Assembly (NCBI GenBank): GCA_964276015.1
Contig: CAXYDO010000013.1
Span: forward strand, 25,305-89,304
Reading direction: 5' to 3'
From: an uncultured Alphaproteobacteria bacterium
GTDB lineage: Bacteria; Pseudomonadota; Alphaproteobacteria; UBA6615
DNA length: 64,000 nt
In this document: piece by piece, positions 8,027-18,519 of the stretch
Position numbering within the stretch: position 1 is the first letter of the stretch
Layout of the letters: the number at the start of each line of letters is the position of its first letter
Translations under genes and position numbers: made by a program
The notes under the pieces: generated by a model
What the model was told of the DNA's origin: nothing
The model's database searches: none
Seen by the model: only the letters and a program-made list of their open reading frames with translations

Positions 8027-9430
8027 CTAGTGACCGCCTGCCTTGAGCGATTTGACGATATTCTCACACATCTTCTTGGCGTCATCGAACAGCATCATCG
8101 TATTGTCCTTGTAGAAGAGCGGGTTATCGATGCCCGCATAGCCGGATGCCAATGAGCGCTTGATGAACAACACTGTGCCCGAATCATCCAGGTTGAACAC
8201 CGGCATCCCGTAGATCGGACTGGATTTATCAGTCTTGGCCGAAGGGTTGGTGACATCGTTCGCACCAATCACGAAAGCAACGTCGGTCGATGCGAAATCT
8301 GAATTGATCTCGTCGAGTTCAAGCACATCGTCATAGGGCACATTGGCTTCGGCCAACAACACGTTCATGTGCCCCGGCATCCGGCCGGCGACCGGATGGA
8401 TCGCGTAACGAACCTTGACGCCCTTCTCTTCGAGCACGTTGACCATTTCGGCCAGCGCATGCTGGGCCTGCGCCACCGCCATGCCGTAACCCGGAATGAT
8501 GATGACCGAATTGGCCTGCTCCATGATGAAAGCGGCATCTTCGGCCGAACCCTGACGAACAGTACGATCACCAAGGTCTTCCATGCCGGGAGCAGCGGTT
8601 TCGCCACCGAACCCGCCCAGAATTACACTAAAGAACGAACGGTTCATCGCCCGACACATGATGTAGCTGAGGATCGCGCCCGAAGACCCGACCAGCGCGC
8701 CGACAATGATGAGCGCCGGGTTGGAAAGCGTGAAACCGATACCGGCCGCTGCCCAACCCGAATAGGAGTTCAGCATCGACACCACGACGGGCATGTCAGC
8801 ACCCCCGATCGGCAGGATCAGGGTCACGCCGATGATCAGGGACAAAATGACGATGGCCCAGAATGCGTTCGGCGATTCCGAGGCAGCCAGCCAGATAACG
8901 GCCAGAACCAGGCCAATACCCATAGCCAGGTTGAGCATGTGCTGGCCCTTGAAGACCAGCGGCTTGCCGGTCACCAAGCCTTGCAACTTACCGAAGGCGA
9001 TAATGGAACCGGTAAAGGTAATGGCACCGATCGCGGTTCCAATCGACAACTCGATCAGGCTGCCAGTGTGGATGTGACCCACGGTGCCAATACCATAGGC
9101 CTCAGGCGAGAAAAATGCGGCACCAGCCACCAGAACAGCGGCGAGGCCAACCAGCGAATGGAAGGCGGCCACAAGCTGTGGCAACGCGGTCATCGCGATC
9201 TTTAATGCGATGATGGCACCAATGGCACCGCCAATCGCAATGCCAAGAACAATCGCACTGAACGAGGTCACCCCCGGCAACGCAACCGTCGTCAGGATGG
9301 CGATCACCATGCCGGAGATACCGTAGATATTTCCCATCCGGGCGGTCTTGGGCGAACTCAGCCCCCGCAACGCCATGATGAAACAGACGCCGGAGACCAG
9401 ATAGGCAAATGCAGTCAATGAAGCAGACAT
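8027..9430 (-). CDS. pntB: NAD(P) transhydrogenase subunit beta
   Basis: LPQLVAAFHSLVGLAA, GGADMPVVVSMLNSYSG, IHPVAGRMPGHMNVLLAEA. Confidence 0.97.
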   Translation of the reverse strand: MSASLTAFAYLVSGVCFIMALRGLSSPKTARMGNIYGISGMVIAILTTVALPGVTSFSAIVLGIAIGGAIGAIIALKIAMTALPQLVAAFHSLVGLAAVLVAGAAFFSPEAYGIGTVGHIHTGSLIELSIGTAIGAITFTGSIIAFGKLQGLVTGKPLVFKGQHMLNLAMGIGLVLAVIWLAASESPNAFWAIVILSLIIGVTLILPIGGADMPVVVSMLNSYSGWAAAGIGFTLSNPALIIVGALVGSSGAILSYIMCRAMNRSFFSVILGGFGGETAAPGMEDLGDRTVRQGSAEDAAFIMEQANSVIIIPGYGMAVAQAQHALAEMVNVLEEKGVKVRYAIHPVAGRMPGHMNVLLAEANVPYDDVLELDEINSDFASTDVAFVIGANDVTNPSAKTDKSSPIYGMPVFNLDDSGTVLFIKRSLASGYAGIDNPLFYKDNTMMLFDDAKKMCENIVKSLKAGGH

Positions 9431-9440
9431 ATCGAGCGCC

Positions 9441-9848
9441 CTATTTCTTCGCGCGGTACATGGCGAGCATGCGCTGCGTCACGATAAATCCGCCAAAAAT
9501 GTTCACCGACGCCAGGATGACGGCAATAAATCCGAAAATCTTCGAGATGTTCCAGTCATCCGGGCCCGCCGCGATCAGCGCCCCAACGATGATCACCGAG
9601 GAAATCGCGTTGGTCACCGCCATCAGGGGTGAATGCAGCGCCGGCGTGACGCTCCACACGACGTAGTAACCGATGAAACAGGCCAGCACGAAAACCGTGA
9701 ACAGGAAAATGAAGGGATCGCCCGCACCGGAAGTTTGCGCGAGTGCCAGCTGGGTTGCCTCCTGGGCCAGGCCCGCGGCACGTTCGGCAACCGCACTGAC
9801 GTCATTCGCCAGGCTCGCCGCATTGTCTGCAAGGGTCGATGGATCCAT
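9441..9848 (-). CDS. pntAb: NAD(P) transhydrogenase subunit alpha part 2
   Basis: [31 protein letters not shown]. Confidence 0.95.
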   Translation of the reverse strand: MDPSTLADNAASLANDVSAVAERAAGLAQEATQLALAQTSGAGDPFIFLFTVFVLACFIGYYVVWSVTPALHSPLMAVTNAISSVIIVGALIAAGPDDWNISKIFGFIAVILASVNIFGGFIVTQRMLAMYRAKK

Positions 9849-9851
9849 CAG

Positions 9852-11088
9852 TTAGGCCCCCTTCTCGGTTGAATCGGTTTCGGATGCGTCTTCGTCGTCA
9901 TCCGCTTGGGCAACCGGCTCGGGCGCCTTCGCCTCTTCGGGCAACAATGCCGGGTGAACGATCTTGCTGTCCCGTGTCAGGCAGGTGCCAATGATGATCT
10001 CGTCATCCCAGTCGATGCTAATTTTCTTTTCATCAACGTCGACGAGAAGTTCGACGAAGTTCATCAGGTTGCGCGAATAAAGCGCGGACGCATCGGTCGC
10101 CAGCCGCGAAGGCAGGTTGAATTCACCAATGATTTTTACGCCGTTTTCGGTTGTGGCAATCTCGCCAGGCTTGGTCTGGGTGACATTGCCACCCTGCTCA
10201 GCGGCGATATCGACGATCACCGAGCCTGATTTCATCGACGCGATCATGTCGTCATTCACCAGGGTTGGCGCGGCCCGTCCCGGGATTAGCGCTGTGGTGA
10301 TGACGATGTCCTGATCCTTGATGTGGTCCGCGATGAGTTCGGCCTGACGACGCTTGTAGTCGTCGGACATCTCCTTGGCGTATCCACCGGCGGTCTGGCC
10401 GGTATCCCCTTCATCGGGCTCGACCATGACGAACGTGGCCCCCAGGCTTTCGACTTCCTGTTTCGAGGCCATGCGTACATCGGTCGCCGACACGATGGCA
10501 CCCAGGCGACGCGCGGTGGCGATCGCCTGCAATCCGGCAACCCCCCGCGCCCATGACGAACACTTTGGCCGGATTGATCCGACCCGCTGCGGTCATCAGC
10601 ATCGGCATCGCCTTGGTGTAGTTGGCTGCACCGTCGATCACTGCCTTATACCCGGACAGGTTCGACTGCGAGCTCAACACATCCATAGACTGCGCCCGGC
10701 TGATCCGCGGCACCATCTCCATCGCAAAAGCAACGACATTGTGCGCCGCATAAGCTTCCACGCCGACCGGGTCGCCGTAGGGGTTGTGCAGGGCGATCAA
10801 AAAAGCGCTGGCCGGAATATCCGACAGGCCATCCTCGCCACCGTCATCCATAGTGCGCGGACGCTGGACCTTGAGAACAATATCGGCATCGGCAAACGTC
10901 TCAGCGCGGGTCGCCGCAACTGTTGCGCCGGCAGCCTGATAGGCCGCGTCGGAGAGCGAGGCAGCTTCGCCCGCTCCGCTTTCCACGGTCACATCAAAAC
11001 CCCATTGCAGATAGCGTTTGATCGTATCTGGTGTCGCCGCGACGCGCCGCTCGTGCGGGCGCCGTTCTTTGGCAATCGCGATCTTCAT
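9852..11088 (-). CDS. pntAa: NAD(P) transhydrogenase subunit alpha part 1, split by a +1 frameshift at a G6 run (10541-10546)
   Basis: MKIAIAKE...ERRVAATP, RISRAQSMDVLSSQ; removing one G restores VMGAGVAGLQAIATARRLGA. Confidence 0.92.
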
Positions 11089-11358
11089 AACGTTAAGGAA
11101 CCTCGGTTCGGTCGAACTCGGTGGGACCCGGTCTGGAACACGAAAACGACCGGTCGCGCTGACGCGCGCGCTGGGGAATATGCCGTGACGGTCCCGACAG
11201 GGCAACCCTGCACGACGTCACATCCACATGGACATTTAAGAGCGTTGATGTGAATGCGACAAGCGCATGAACCCAGCGTCCGCCGACGACGGAATTCGGG
11301 TATACCAAGGCTTATATAACGCGCTACGAACGTAGCCAACCCAAACCGCCAGGTACGC

Positions 11359-12549
11359 ATCATAGTTCGCAAACCTCCGAGAATCCCGCTCCTAACAGCC
11401 CTGATTTCGGGCAGCGCGATCGCATACAATTTATTCTTGCCGTCGATCCCGGATATCGGGGTGGCGTTTGGCGTGCCGATTTTCACCGTGCAGACCACTC
11501 TGATCGCGTTCCTGGTTGCTTACGCCCTCGCGCAGTTCCTCTATGGCAGCGTGTCCGACCGGTTCGGACGTCGCCCGACCCTGCTCTGGGGGCTCGCAAT
11601 CTACATCGTCGCAAGCCTGGCCTGCGCCTTTGCGCCTTCCATGACGATGCTGCTGCTCGCCCGCATTCTGCAGGGTATTGGCGCGGCAGGTTCCATCGTT
11701 ATGGTGCGCGCCATCGTGCGCGATCTCTATGATCGCAAGGATGCCGCGCGGGCCCTGGCGATCATCTCAACAGTCATGGTTTTTGCCCCGGCCACCGCCC
11801 CCGCGATTGGCGGCTATCTGCACACCCATTTCGGCTGGCAGGCCTCCTTCGTGTTTCTCGCCATTCTCGGCACGGTGTTGTTCGCCTATTGCGCAGTACG
11901 AATGGCCGAAACCAACGAAGTACAGGGCGGTGATCTGATCACCAGCATCCGCACCATGGCGCTAGGCTATCGGGTGCTGCTCCGCGAACGCGCTTTCGTC
12001 GCCTACAATCTGAACATCGGATTTATCGGTGGCGGCGCCTTCGCCTTTTTCGCCGGCGTGCCCGTGGTCGTGATCGACAGCTATGGCATCGCCCCGGATA
12101 AATTCGGCTACATGATGTTTCTTGCCACCACAGGAGCGTTCTGCGGCTATGGCAGCGCGATCTGGCTGACCGGCCGACTGGGCGTTAATCGCATGATCGT
12201 GCTGGGCACAACGGTCGGGCTGCTGGGCTCCAGCGTCTATCTTCTATTGCCCTTGCTCGGGATCTTTACTCCGGTCGCCGCCATTGCCCCGATCTTCATA
12301 TTCAATGTCGGGCTCGCCATAGCCTTTCCCAGCGTCATGGCCGCCGCGGTCAGCGTGCGTCCGGACTATGCCGGCACGGCGGCCGCCCTGAACGGGCTTG
12401 TGCAATACGGGCTCGCCGCGATTGCGACAATCGTCGTCGCGTTTCTGCCACACACCACCCATTTACCGCTGGCCGGTGTGATGGCCACAACCCAGGCTTT
12501 AGCGTTTGTCGTCTGCATCGTCGGCTGGCGCGCACGACCCGCGGAGTAA
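11359..12549 (+). CDS. Bcr/CflA (DHA1) family MFS efflux transporter; start uncertain
   Basis: GSVSDRFGRRP motif A, ARILQGIG, APAIGG; frame open upstream of the TTG at 11437 through TM1 (LLTALISGSAIAYNLFLPSIP). Confidence 0.85.
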   Translation: MIVRKPPRIPLLTALISGSAIAYNLFLPSIPDIGVAFGVPIFTVQTTLIAFLVAYALAQFLYGSVSDRFGRRPTLLWGLAIYIVASLACAFAPSMTMLLLARILQGIGAAGSIVMVRAIVRDLYDRKDAARALAIISTVMVFAPATAPAIGGYLHTHFGWQASFVFLAILGTVLFAYCAVRMAETNEVQGGDLITSIRTMALGYRVLLRERAFVAYNLNIGFIGGGAFAFFAGVPVVVIDSYGIAPDKFGYMMFLATTGAFCGYGSAIWLTGRLGVNRMIVLGTTVGLLGSSVYLLLPLLGIFTPVAAIAPIFIFNVGLAIAFPSVMAAAVSVRPDYAGTAAALNGLVQYGLAAIATIVVAFLPHTTHLPLAGVMATTQALAFVVCIVGWRARPAE

Positions 12550-12657
12550 TAGAGACTGGCGATGCACCATCAACCGGGTGTCTGATTTGATGAGTCTCAG
12601 ATTATGGCCTCGGAGTTCCTCGAAAAGGTCAAAGCCGCCTGACCTCGGGAAAAAGCG

Positions 12658-13197
12658 CTAGGACGACAGCCCGCGAATAATACCCGTCAAACGGCGTTGG
12701 GTGATGTAATGCCGTCCGATTTCGCCATGCCCACCACCAAGCTTGAAGACTTCCTGTCCAGCACTGTCAAAGATCACCACGGCGGGCACGGCGTGAATCC
12801 CGTTCAATGCTCTGCCCAGTGCAGTATTGCCGACAACCACCGGGATATCCGGATGGATCACGTCGACAAAACGTTTGAGCCGTGACCGGCTCACGGGACC
12901 GGCAAAATCCTCCATCCAGTTCACGGCAATCATGCTGACGCCATTGCCGTTCTGGGCAATGTAGTTTGCCAACTCACTCATCTCGGCCCGACAGGGCGGA
13001 TATCAGCTGGCGAAAAATGTGACCAGAAGGGGTCGCCCGTCAAATGCGGTGTCGTCCACGGATCCGCGCAGCGCCTGCAGTGATTTCAGGCTCGCCTTCA
13101 TCGCCGGATCTAGGGTCGCCGCGGTTGCCGATCCGCCCGTCAGGGAAAAAGCGGGCAAGCCTGCGGCAGCAGCGATGAATGTACGTCGATCAAGCAT
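12658..13197 (-). pseudogene. Tat-exported TlpA/thioredoxin-like protein with an in-frame TGA in the active-site region
   Basis: MLDRRTFIAAA Tat signal after GGAG; LLVTFFAS-TGA-YPPCRAEM (family WCxxC); ORFs 13003..13275 and 12658..12981 share a frame; cis-Pro motif AVP. Confidence 0.75.
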
Positions 13198-13275
13198 TCG
13201 GCGTCTCCTGTAAGTGCCACCCTGAAAGACAACAGAGACCCCCGCACAGGCAAACAACATTGTTGTGCAGGTCAC

Positions 13276-14625
13276 TCAGTCCGGGGCGTGAAGCCCATGG
13301 GACGTCAGCACTTCCGTTTGGCGTGCCGCCAAACCCTCGAGTTCGAATTCCTCGATCAGATCATGAAAAATCCGATGCCAGTTGAGCTCGGCCCGCAGCC
13401 GCAAAAACACCGACCCAAGTCCAATGGCGGCGCGATCCATGAGCACGAATTCCCGCGGCGGCGTGACCCCGCCAATCGCGCGTAATTGCTCGTGCACCTT
13501 GCCCGCGACGGTCGCGCCATAGGTTCCGGATTCGGATTCCTGAATCCGCTGCACCTTGTCTTCCATCAGCGGCTTGTAAAGAAACCCGGCCCAGATATTC
13601 AGCGTATCCAGCAGCTCGTTGGAGATATTCTCAAAACCCCAGCGCTGATAAGCATGGGCGGCGCGGTCCCGGTCGTCGGTCCGCAAGGCGTGGTAGAGCT
13701 CGACCACACCTTCGACAAACCGCGGCGGAAACACCCGGATACAGCCGAAATCATAGAGATTAATCGACGCGCCAGCATTGACCGAGTAATTGCCCAGATG
13801 CGGATCACCGTGGATCACCCCATAGCCGTAAAACGGTACATACCATGCGCGAAACATGTTCAGCGCCGCGGCTTCCCGTGCAGCCTGATCGGCCTCTTCA
13901 GCAAACCGTGCCATCGGCTGACCCTCGAGCCAGGTGGTCGAGAGCAGGCGTGCGGTTGAGAGATCATCAACAACCTCGGGCACATGCACACCCGGCTCTC
14001 CAGCCAACATCGCACCGTAAAGCCCCGTGTTGCGGGCTTCGTGTTCGTAGTCGAGCTCTTCAGTCAGACGCTCGGACAGCTCGGCGTGAATCTGGCTGGG
14101 GTCGATGGCCGGGTCATAGCGGCGGTAGACAGCAAAAGCGAGTTTGAGCTGATTGAGATCGGCCGCCACAATCGAGGCCATGTCCGGGTATTGCAGTTTG
14201 CTCGCGAGCTTGCGCCCCGTCAGATCGACGGACTCATGCACTTGTCCGAGGGACGCCGCCCGGGAGGCCCCGCGAGGGAAGTCCTGAAACTTTGACTGCC
14301 AGTCCGGTCCCAGTTCCGCGGCCATCCGCCGACGGACAAACGCCCAGCCCATGGACGGCGCGTTGGACTGGAGCTCCGCCAGCTCGCGGGCGTAATCCGA
14401 TGGCAGGGCATCGGGGATTGTGGCCAGGATCTGGGCCGCTTTCATCAACGGCCCCTTCAGGCCGCCAAGCGCGGCTTTCAGATCGGCGGCGTTGCGTTCA
14501 GGGTCCGGGGTCCGTCCCAGATAGCGGGTGCCCGCCATCCGCATTGCCGCGCCACCGACAGCCACGCCAACCCGGCCATAGCGGCCGACCCGACCGCGCA
14601 TTGTGGAGCGGTCATCATCAGCCAT
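13276..14625 (-). CDS. AarF/ABC1/UbiB kinase family protein
   Basis: LKGPLMKAAQ, AASLGQVH, KLQYP, HGDPHLGN, YDFG. Confidence 0.93.
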   Translation of the reverse strand: MADDDRSTMRGRVGRYGRVGVAVGGAAMRMAGTRYLGRTPDPERNAADLKAALGGLKGPLMKAAQILATIPDALPSDYARELAELQSNAPSMGWAFVRRRMAAELGPDWQSKFQDFPRGASRAASLGQVHESVDLTGRKLASKLQYPDMASIVAADLNQLKLAFAVYRRYDPAIDPSQIHAELSERLTEELDYEHEARNTGLYGAMLAGEPGVHVPEVVDDLSTARLLSTTWLEGQPMARFAEEADQAAREAAALNMFRAWYVPFYGYGVIHGDPHLGNYSVNAGASINLYDFGCIRVFPPRFVEGVVELYHALRTDDRDRAAHAYQRWGFENISNELLDTLNIWAGFLYKPLMEDKVQRIQESESGTYGATVAGKVHEQLRAIGGVTPPREFVLMDRAAIGLGSVFLRLRAELNWHRIFHDLIEEFELEGLAARQTEVLTSHGLHAPD

Positions 14626-16458
14626 TTAGTCTTCCAGCGCTTCGAGTTCGTCGATCAGACCAGAGATGATGTTGAGGCCCTTCTGCCAGAACGCCGGATC
14701 AGACGCATCCAGCCCAAAGGGCGCCAGCAGCTCCTTGTGGCGCAGGGTTCCCCCTGCCCGCAGCATCTCGAGATAACGTTCGGCAAAGCCCTCTGACGCG
14801 TCCTCATAGACCGCGTAGAGCGAGTTCACCAGACAATCACCAAAAGCGTAGGCGTAGACATAAAACGGCGAATGAATGAAATGCGGGATGTAGGTCCAGA
14901 AATATCTGTACTCGTCCTCAAACCGGATCGCTGGCCCCAGGCATCGGGTCTGAACGTCCATCCAGATGTCGCAGATCTCCTCGGTCAGGAGCTCACCTTC
15001 GCGTCGCTTGTCATGAACCTGGCGCTCGAATTCAAAGAACGCGATCTGACGCACCACCGTGTTCAGCATGTCCTCGACCTTCGAGGCGAGCATGATTTTA
15101 CGCAGCTCGGGGTTGTCAGCTTCGGCCAGCAACTTACGGAAAGTCAGCATCTCGCCGAACACCGATGCTGTTTCCGCCAGTGTCAGCGGCGTGTCCGACA
15201 TCAAATGCCCCTGATCACCGGCCAACACCTGATGCACACCATGGCCAAGTTCGTGGGCCAGGGTCATCACGTCCCGGGTCTTGCCCTGATAGTTCAGCAG
15301 CAAATACGGGTGGGCGCTTGGCACGGTCGGATGGGCAAACGCTCCGGGAGACTTACCCGGACGCACCGGTGTGTCGATCCAGTTATTGTCAAAGAAGCTC
15401 TGCGCCACCTCAGCCAGGCCCGGCGAGAATTGACCATAGGCGTCGAGCACTTTCGCAACAGCGTCGTCCCAGCGAATGGTCTGGTTGTCATCATCGGGCA
15501 GTGGGGCATTGCGGTCCCAATAGTCGAGCGTGTCGACGCCGAACCATTTGGCCTTCAGGCGATAATAGCGATGGGAAAGATCAGGAAAGGCATTTTGTAC
15601 CGTCTGCGACAGCGCATCGACGACCTCGTCCTCGACAAAGTTGGACAGGTTACGGCTGGAGACCGGACGGTCGAAACAACGCCACTTGTCCTCGATTTCC
15701 TTGTCCTTCGCCAGGGTATTGGTGATCAGTGAGAAAACACGGGAATTCTCCCCGAGCCCCTTTCCCAATCCTTTGGCCGCAGCTTTGCGGACGTCCCCGT
15801 CCCGGTCCGAAAGCAGGTTCAGCACTTCGGCACTGCTCATGGTCTGCACGCCCTTGGGCAGGTCGACCACGAAAGTAAGCTCCGCCATGGTCTCATCAAA
15901 CAGGCGGTTCCAGGATGATCGCCCCGTAACACGCTTTTCGTGCAGAAGCTTCTCCAGCGCGTCGTCGAGCTGGAACGGCCGAAAGGCTCGCGTGTCGCGT
16001 AGCCAGGGCGCATAGCGTTGAAGTTTCGTCGAGGCTTTTGTTTTTGCCTCGAGCTCCCGATCGGGAACCCGGTTCAGTTCGAGAGCGAAAAACAGCAGAT
16101 GGGATGAGATCTCGGTCACCACCTCCTGCATCGACTGGTAAAACCTCCCGTTTTCGGGATCGGTCATATCGCCAGCATAAAGCAGCGAGGCATAGCTCAT
16201 GATCCGCGAAAGGATCTCGTCGATATCTTCATAATCCGTGATCGCCGCAGCCAGCTTGTCCCCGGTCAGCCCGGCAAGCTTGCCCGCATGGCGGGTCTCG
16301 AATTTCTTCGCCTGAACCCGCGACATCGCGATATCGGATTCGATCTTTACGCTGTCAGTGGCGGGATAAAGATCGGACAAATCCCATTCGGGAAGAGCGC
16401 CCAGCTTGTCCCGGGCGGGGCTTCCTTTGGGGGGACGGGGGACGGCGGCTTTCGACAT
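14626..16458 (-). CDS. pepF: M3B family oligoendopeptidase F
   Basis: PEWDLSDLY, HELGH zinc motif, AETAS, HSPFYVYAYAFG. Confidence 0.92.
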   Translation of the reverse strand: MSKAAVPRPPKGSPARDKLGALPEWDLSDLYPATDSVKIESDIAMSRVQAKKFETRHAGKLAGLTGDKLAAAITDYEDIDEILSRIMSYASLLYAGDMTDPENGRFYQSMQEVVTEISSHLLFFALELNRVPDRELEAKTKASTKLQRYAPWLRDTRAFRPFQLDDALEKLLHEKRVTGRSSWNRLFDETMAELTFVVDLPKGVQTMSSAEVLNLLSDRDGDVRKAAAKGLGKGLGENSRVFSLITNTLAKDKEIEDKWRCFDRPVSSRNLSNFVEDEVVDALSQTVQNAFPDLSHRYYRLKAKWFGVDTLDYWDRNAPLPDDDNQTIRWDDAVAKVLDAYGQFSPGLAEVAQSFFDNNWIDTPVRPGKSPGAFAHPTVPSAHPYLLLNYQGKTRDVMTLAHELGHGVHQVLAGDQGHLMSDTPLTLAETASVFGEMLTFRKLLAEADNPELRKIMLASKVEDMLNTVVRQIAFFEFERQVHDKRREGELLTEEICDIWMDVQTRCLGPAIRFEDEYRYFWTYIPHFIHSPFYVYAYAFGDCLVNSLYAVYEDASEGFAERYLEMLRAGGTLRHKELLAPFGLDASDPAFWQKGLNIISGLIDELEALED

Positions 16459-16580
16459 AACAACGGCTCCTTGAATCAAGCCTTCAGATAGGGTCCATAT
16501 AGCCCGACAACAAGCATTGGCCCAGTTGCTCACGTGGAATTGCACGTGGGCAAACAATGACCGGGATTGTGAGGACAGGA

Positions 16581-18401
16581 ATGGATAACGTCGCACGCTA
16601 CGAAAATTGGCAAAGCCTGCCCCAGCTATTCTTCGAAAAGGCTGCCGAACTCGGGGCAGCCCCCCTGTTTTGGGCGAAACGCAATGACACCTGGCAGCCG
16701 ACAAGCTGGGCCCAGGCTAGCGATGATGTCCGGGCGCTGGCACGTGGCCTGCTCAGCCTTGGCGTCACCCCGGGTGATCGGGTTTTGCTGGTTTGCGAGA
16801 ACCGCCCGGAATGGGGCATCGCTGATCTGGCGATCATGGCGGCGGGGGCGATCACCGTCCCGGCCTACACCACCAACACTGTCGATGATCACACCCACCT
16901 GATTACCGACTGCGACCCGAAAGTCACGATCGTGTCCTCCGACCAGCTAGCCGAACGTCTGCTCCCTGCTGTGCGTAACACTGGCACGGCAAGTACCGTC
17001 GTCACCCTCGAAGGCACGGGCGGACAGAGCGACGGGATCGAAATCATCAATTGGCGCGACCTGATGGGCGACAGCGCGGTGGGCGCAGATGACATCGACG
17101 GTCAAATCGCCACGATCGCGCGCACCGACACCGCTTGCCTGATCTACACATCCGGAACCGGCGGCGCCCCCAAGGGGGTGATGCTCAGCCACGGTGCAAT
17201 CCTGTGCAATTGCACCGGCGCCTATCACCTGTTCAACGATGCGGGCATGCTCGACATCGACAGTGAGACCTTCCTGTCCTTCCTGCCGCTCAGCCATTCC
17301 TACGAGCACACGGCGGGGCTGCACTTTCCGATCAGCATCGGCGCGGAAATCTACTACGCCGAAGGGGTCGACAAGCTGTCGGCCAATATGGCCGAAACCC
17401 GCCCGACCATCATGACCGCGGTGCCACGGCTTTATGAATCCATGCACCAGCGGATCGTGTCGGGCATCGAGCGCAAGGGCGGCCTGTCGGAGAAACTGTT
17501 CAAGAAAACTGTCGCCCTCGGGATCAAACAATACGAGAACGGCACCGCGGGCATGTCTTTGCTCGAGCGGCTGCAAAACAAACTGCTCGAGCGGCTGGTC
17601 CGCAAAAAGGTCGGCGAGCGTTTCGGCGGGCGGCTCAAGGCCTTCGTGTCCGGCGGTGCCCCGTTAAACTACGACATCGGGGTCTTCTTCCTCGCCCTCG
17701 GGGTACGGCTGCTACAGGGCTACGGTCAGACCGAAACCGCCCCGGTGGTGAGCGCCAACCCGCCCGGGAAAATAAAAATCGACACCGTCGGCCCCGCCTT
17801 CCCGGGGGTCGATGTGAAAATTGCTGCGGATGGCGAAATCCTGATCCACGGCGAGCTCACCATGCAGGGCTACTGGAACGCGCCCGAACTCACCGCCGAG
17901 GCGCTCATCGATGGTTGGGTCCATACCGGCGACATCGGCGAACTCGACGAAGACGGCTACATCAAAATCACTGATCGCAAGAAGGACATCATCATCAATT
18001 CCGGCGGTGACAACGTCTCACCCCAGCGGGTCGAGGGGGTGCTCGTATTCGAGCCCGAATTCGGCCAGGCGATGGTCCATGGGGACAAGCGCGCGCATCT
18101 GGTCGCGGTGGTGGTTCCCGATGAAGGTTTCACCGCCGAATGGGCAAAAGCGAATAACCTCGAGAACGACCTCGCGGCCCTGGCGGATTCCGAAGCCTTC
18201 CACGAACGCCTACGCGAGGGCCTGGAACGGGCGAAGGCACGCCTGTCACCCATCGAAGAAGTGCGTCGCTTCATCATCGCTGCGGAAGGCTTCACCACGG
18301 AAAACGGCATGATGACCCCGTCGCTGAAAATCCGACGTCACGAAATCCGGAAGCTTTACGGTGAACGTCTGGAAGCACTTTACGGGCGCAAACGGAGTTA
18401 G
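16581..18401 (+). CDS. long-chain acyl-CoA synthetase (AMP-forming)
   Basis: IYTSGTGGAPKG, QGYGQTE, HTGDIG, PSLKIRR. Confidence 0.93.
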   Translation: MDNVARYENWQSLPQLFFEKAAELGAAPLFWAKRNDTWQPTSWAQASDDVRALARGLLSLGVTPGDRVLLVCENRPEWGIADLAIMAAGAITVPAYTTNTVDDHTHLITDCDPKVTIVSSDQLAERLLPAVRNTGTASTVVTLEGTGGQSDGIEIINWRDLMGDSAVGADDIDGQIATIARTDTACLIYTSGTGGAPKGVMLSHGAILCNCTGAYHLFNDAGMLDIDSETFLSFLPLSHSYEHTAGLHFPISIGAEIYYAEGVDKLSANMAETRPTIMTAVPRLYESMHQRIVSGIERKGGLSEKLFKKTVALGIKQYENGTAGMSLLERLQNKLLERLVRKKVGERFGGRLKAFVSGGAPLNYDIGVFFLALGVRLLQGYGQTETAPVVSANPPGKIKIDTVGPAFPGVDVKIAADGEILIHGELTMQGYWNAPELTAEALIDGWVHTGDIGELDEDGYIKITDRKKDIIINSGGDNVSPQRVEGVLVFEPEFGQAMVHGDKRAHLVAVVVPDEGFTAEWAKANNLENDLAALADSEAFHERLREGLERAKARLSPIEEVRRFIIAAEGFTTENGMMTPSLKIRRHEIRKLYGERLEALYGRKRS

Positions 18402-18430
18402 CCCTCTCACCCAGCATCAACCTCGACCGC

Positions 18431-18494
18431 CCTCACCCTGAGCCTGACGAAGGGTGCGGGCGCACCCTCATACTTCGACAAGCTCCGCATGGGG
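18431..18494. repeat. REP-like intergenic palindromic repeat, copy 1
   Basis: CCTCACCCTGAGCCTGACGAAGG...CTTCGACAAGCTCCGCATGGGG; near reverse complement of 63836-63895. Confidence 0.75.
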
Positions 18495-18519
18495 GTTCCA
18501 CGATCAATGGGCGAACCGG

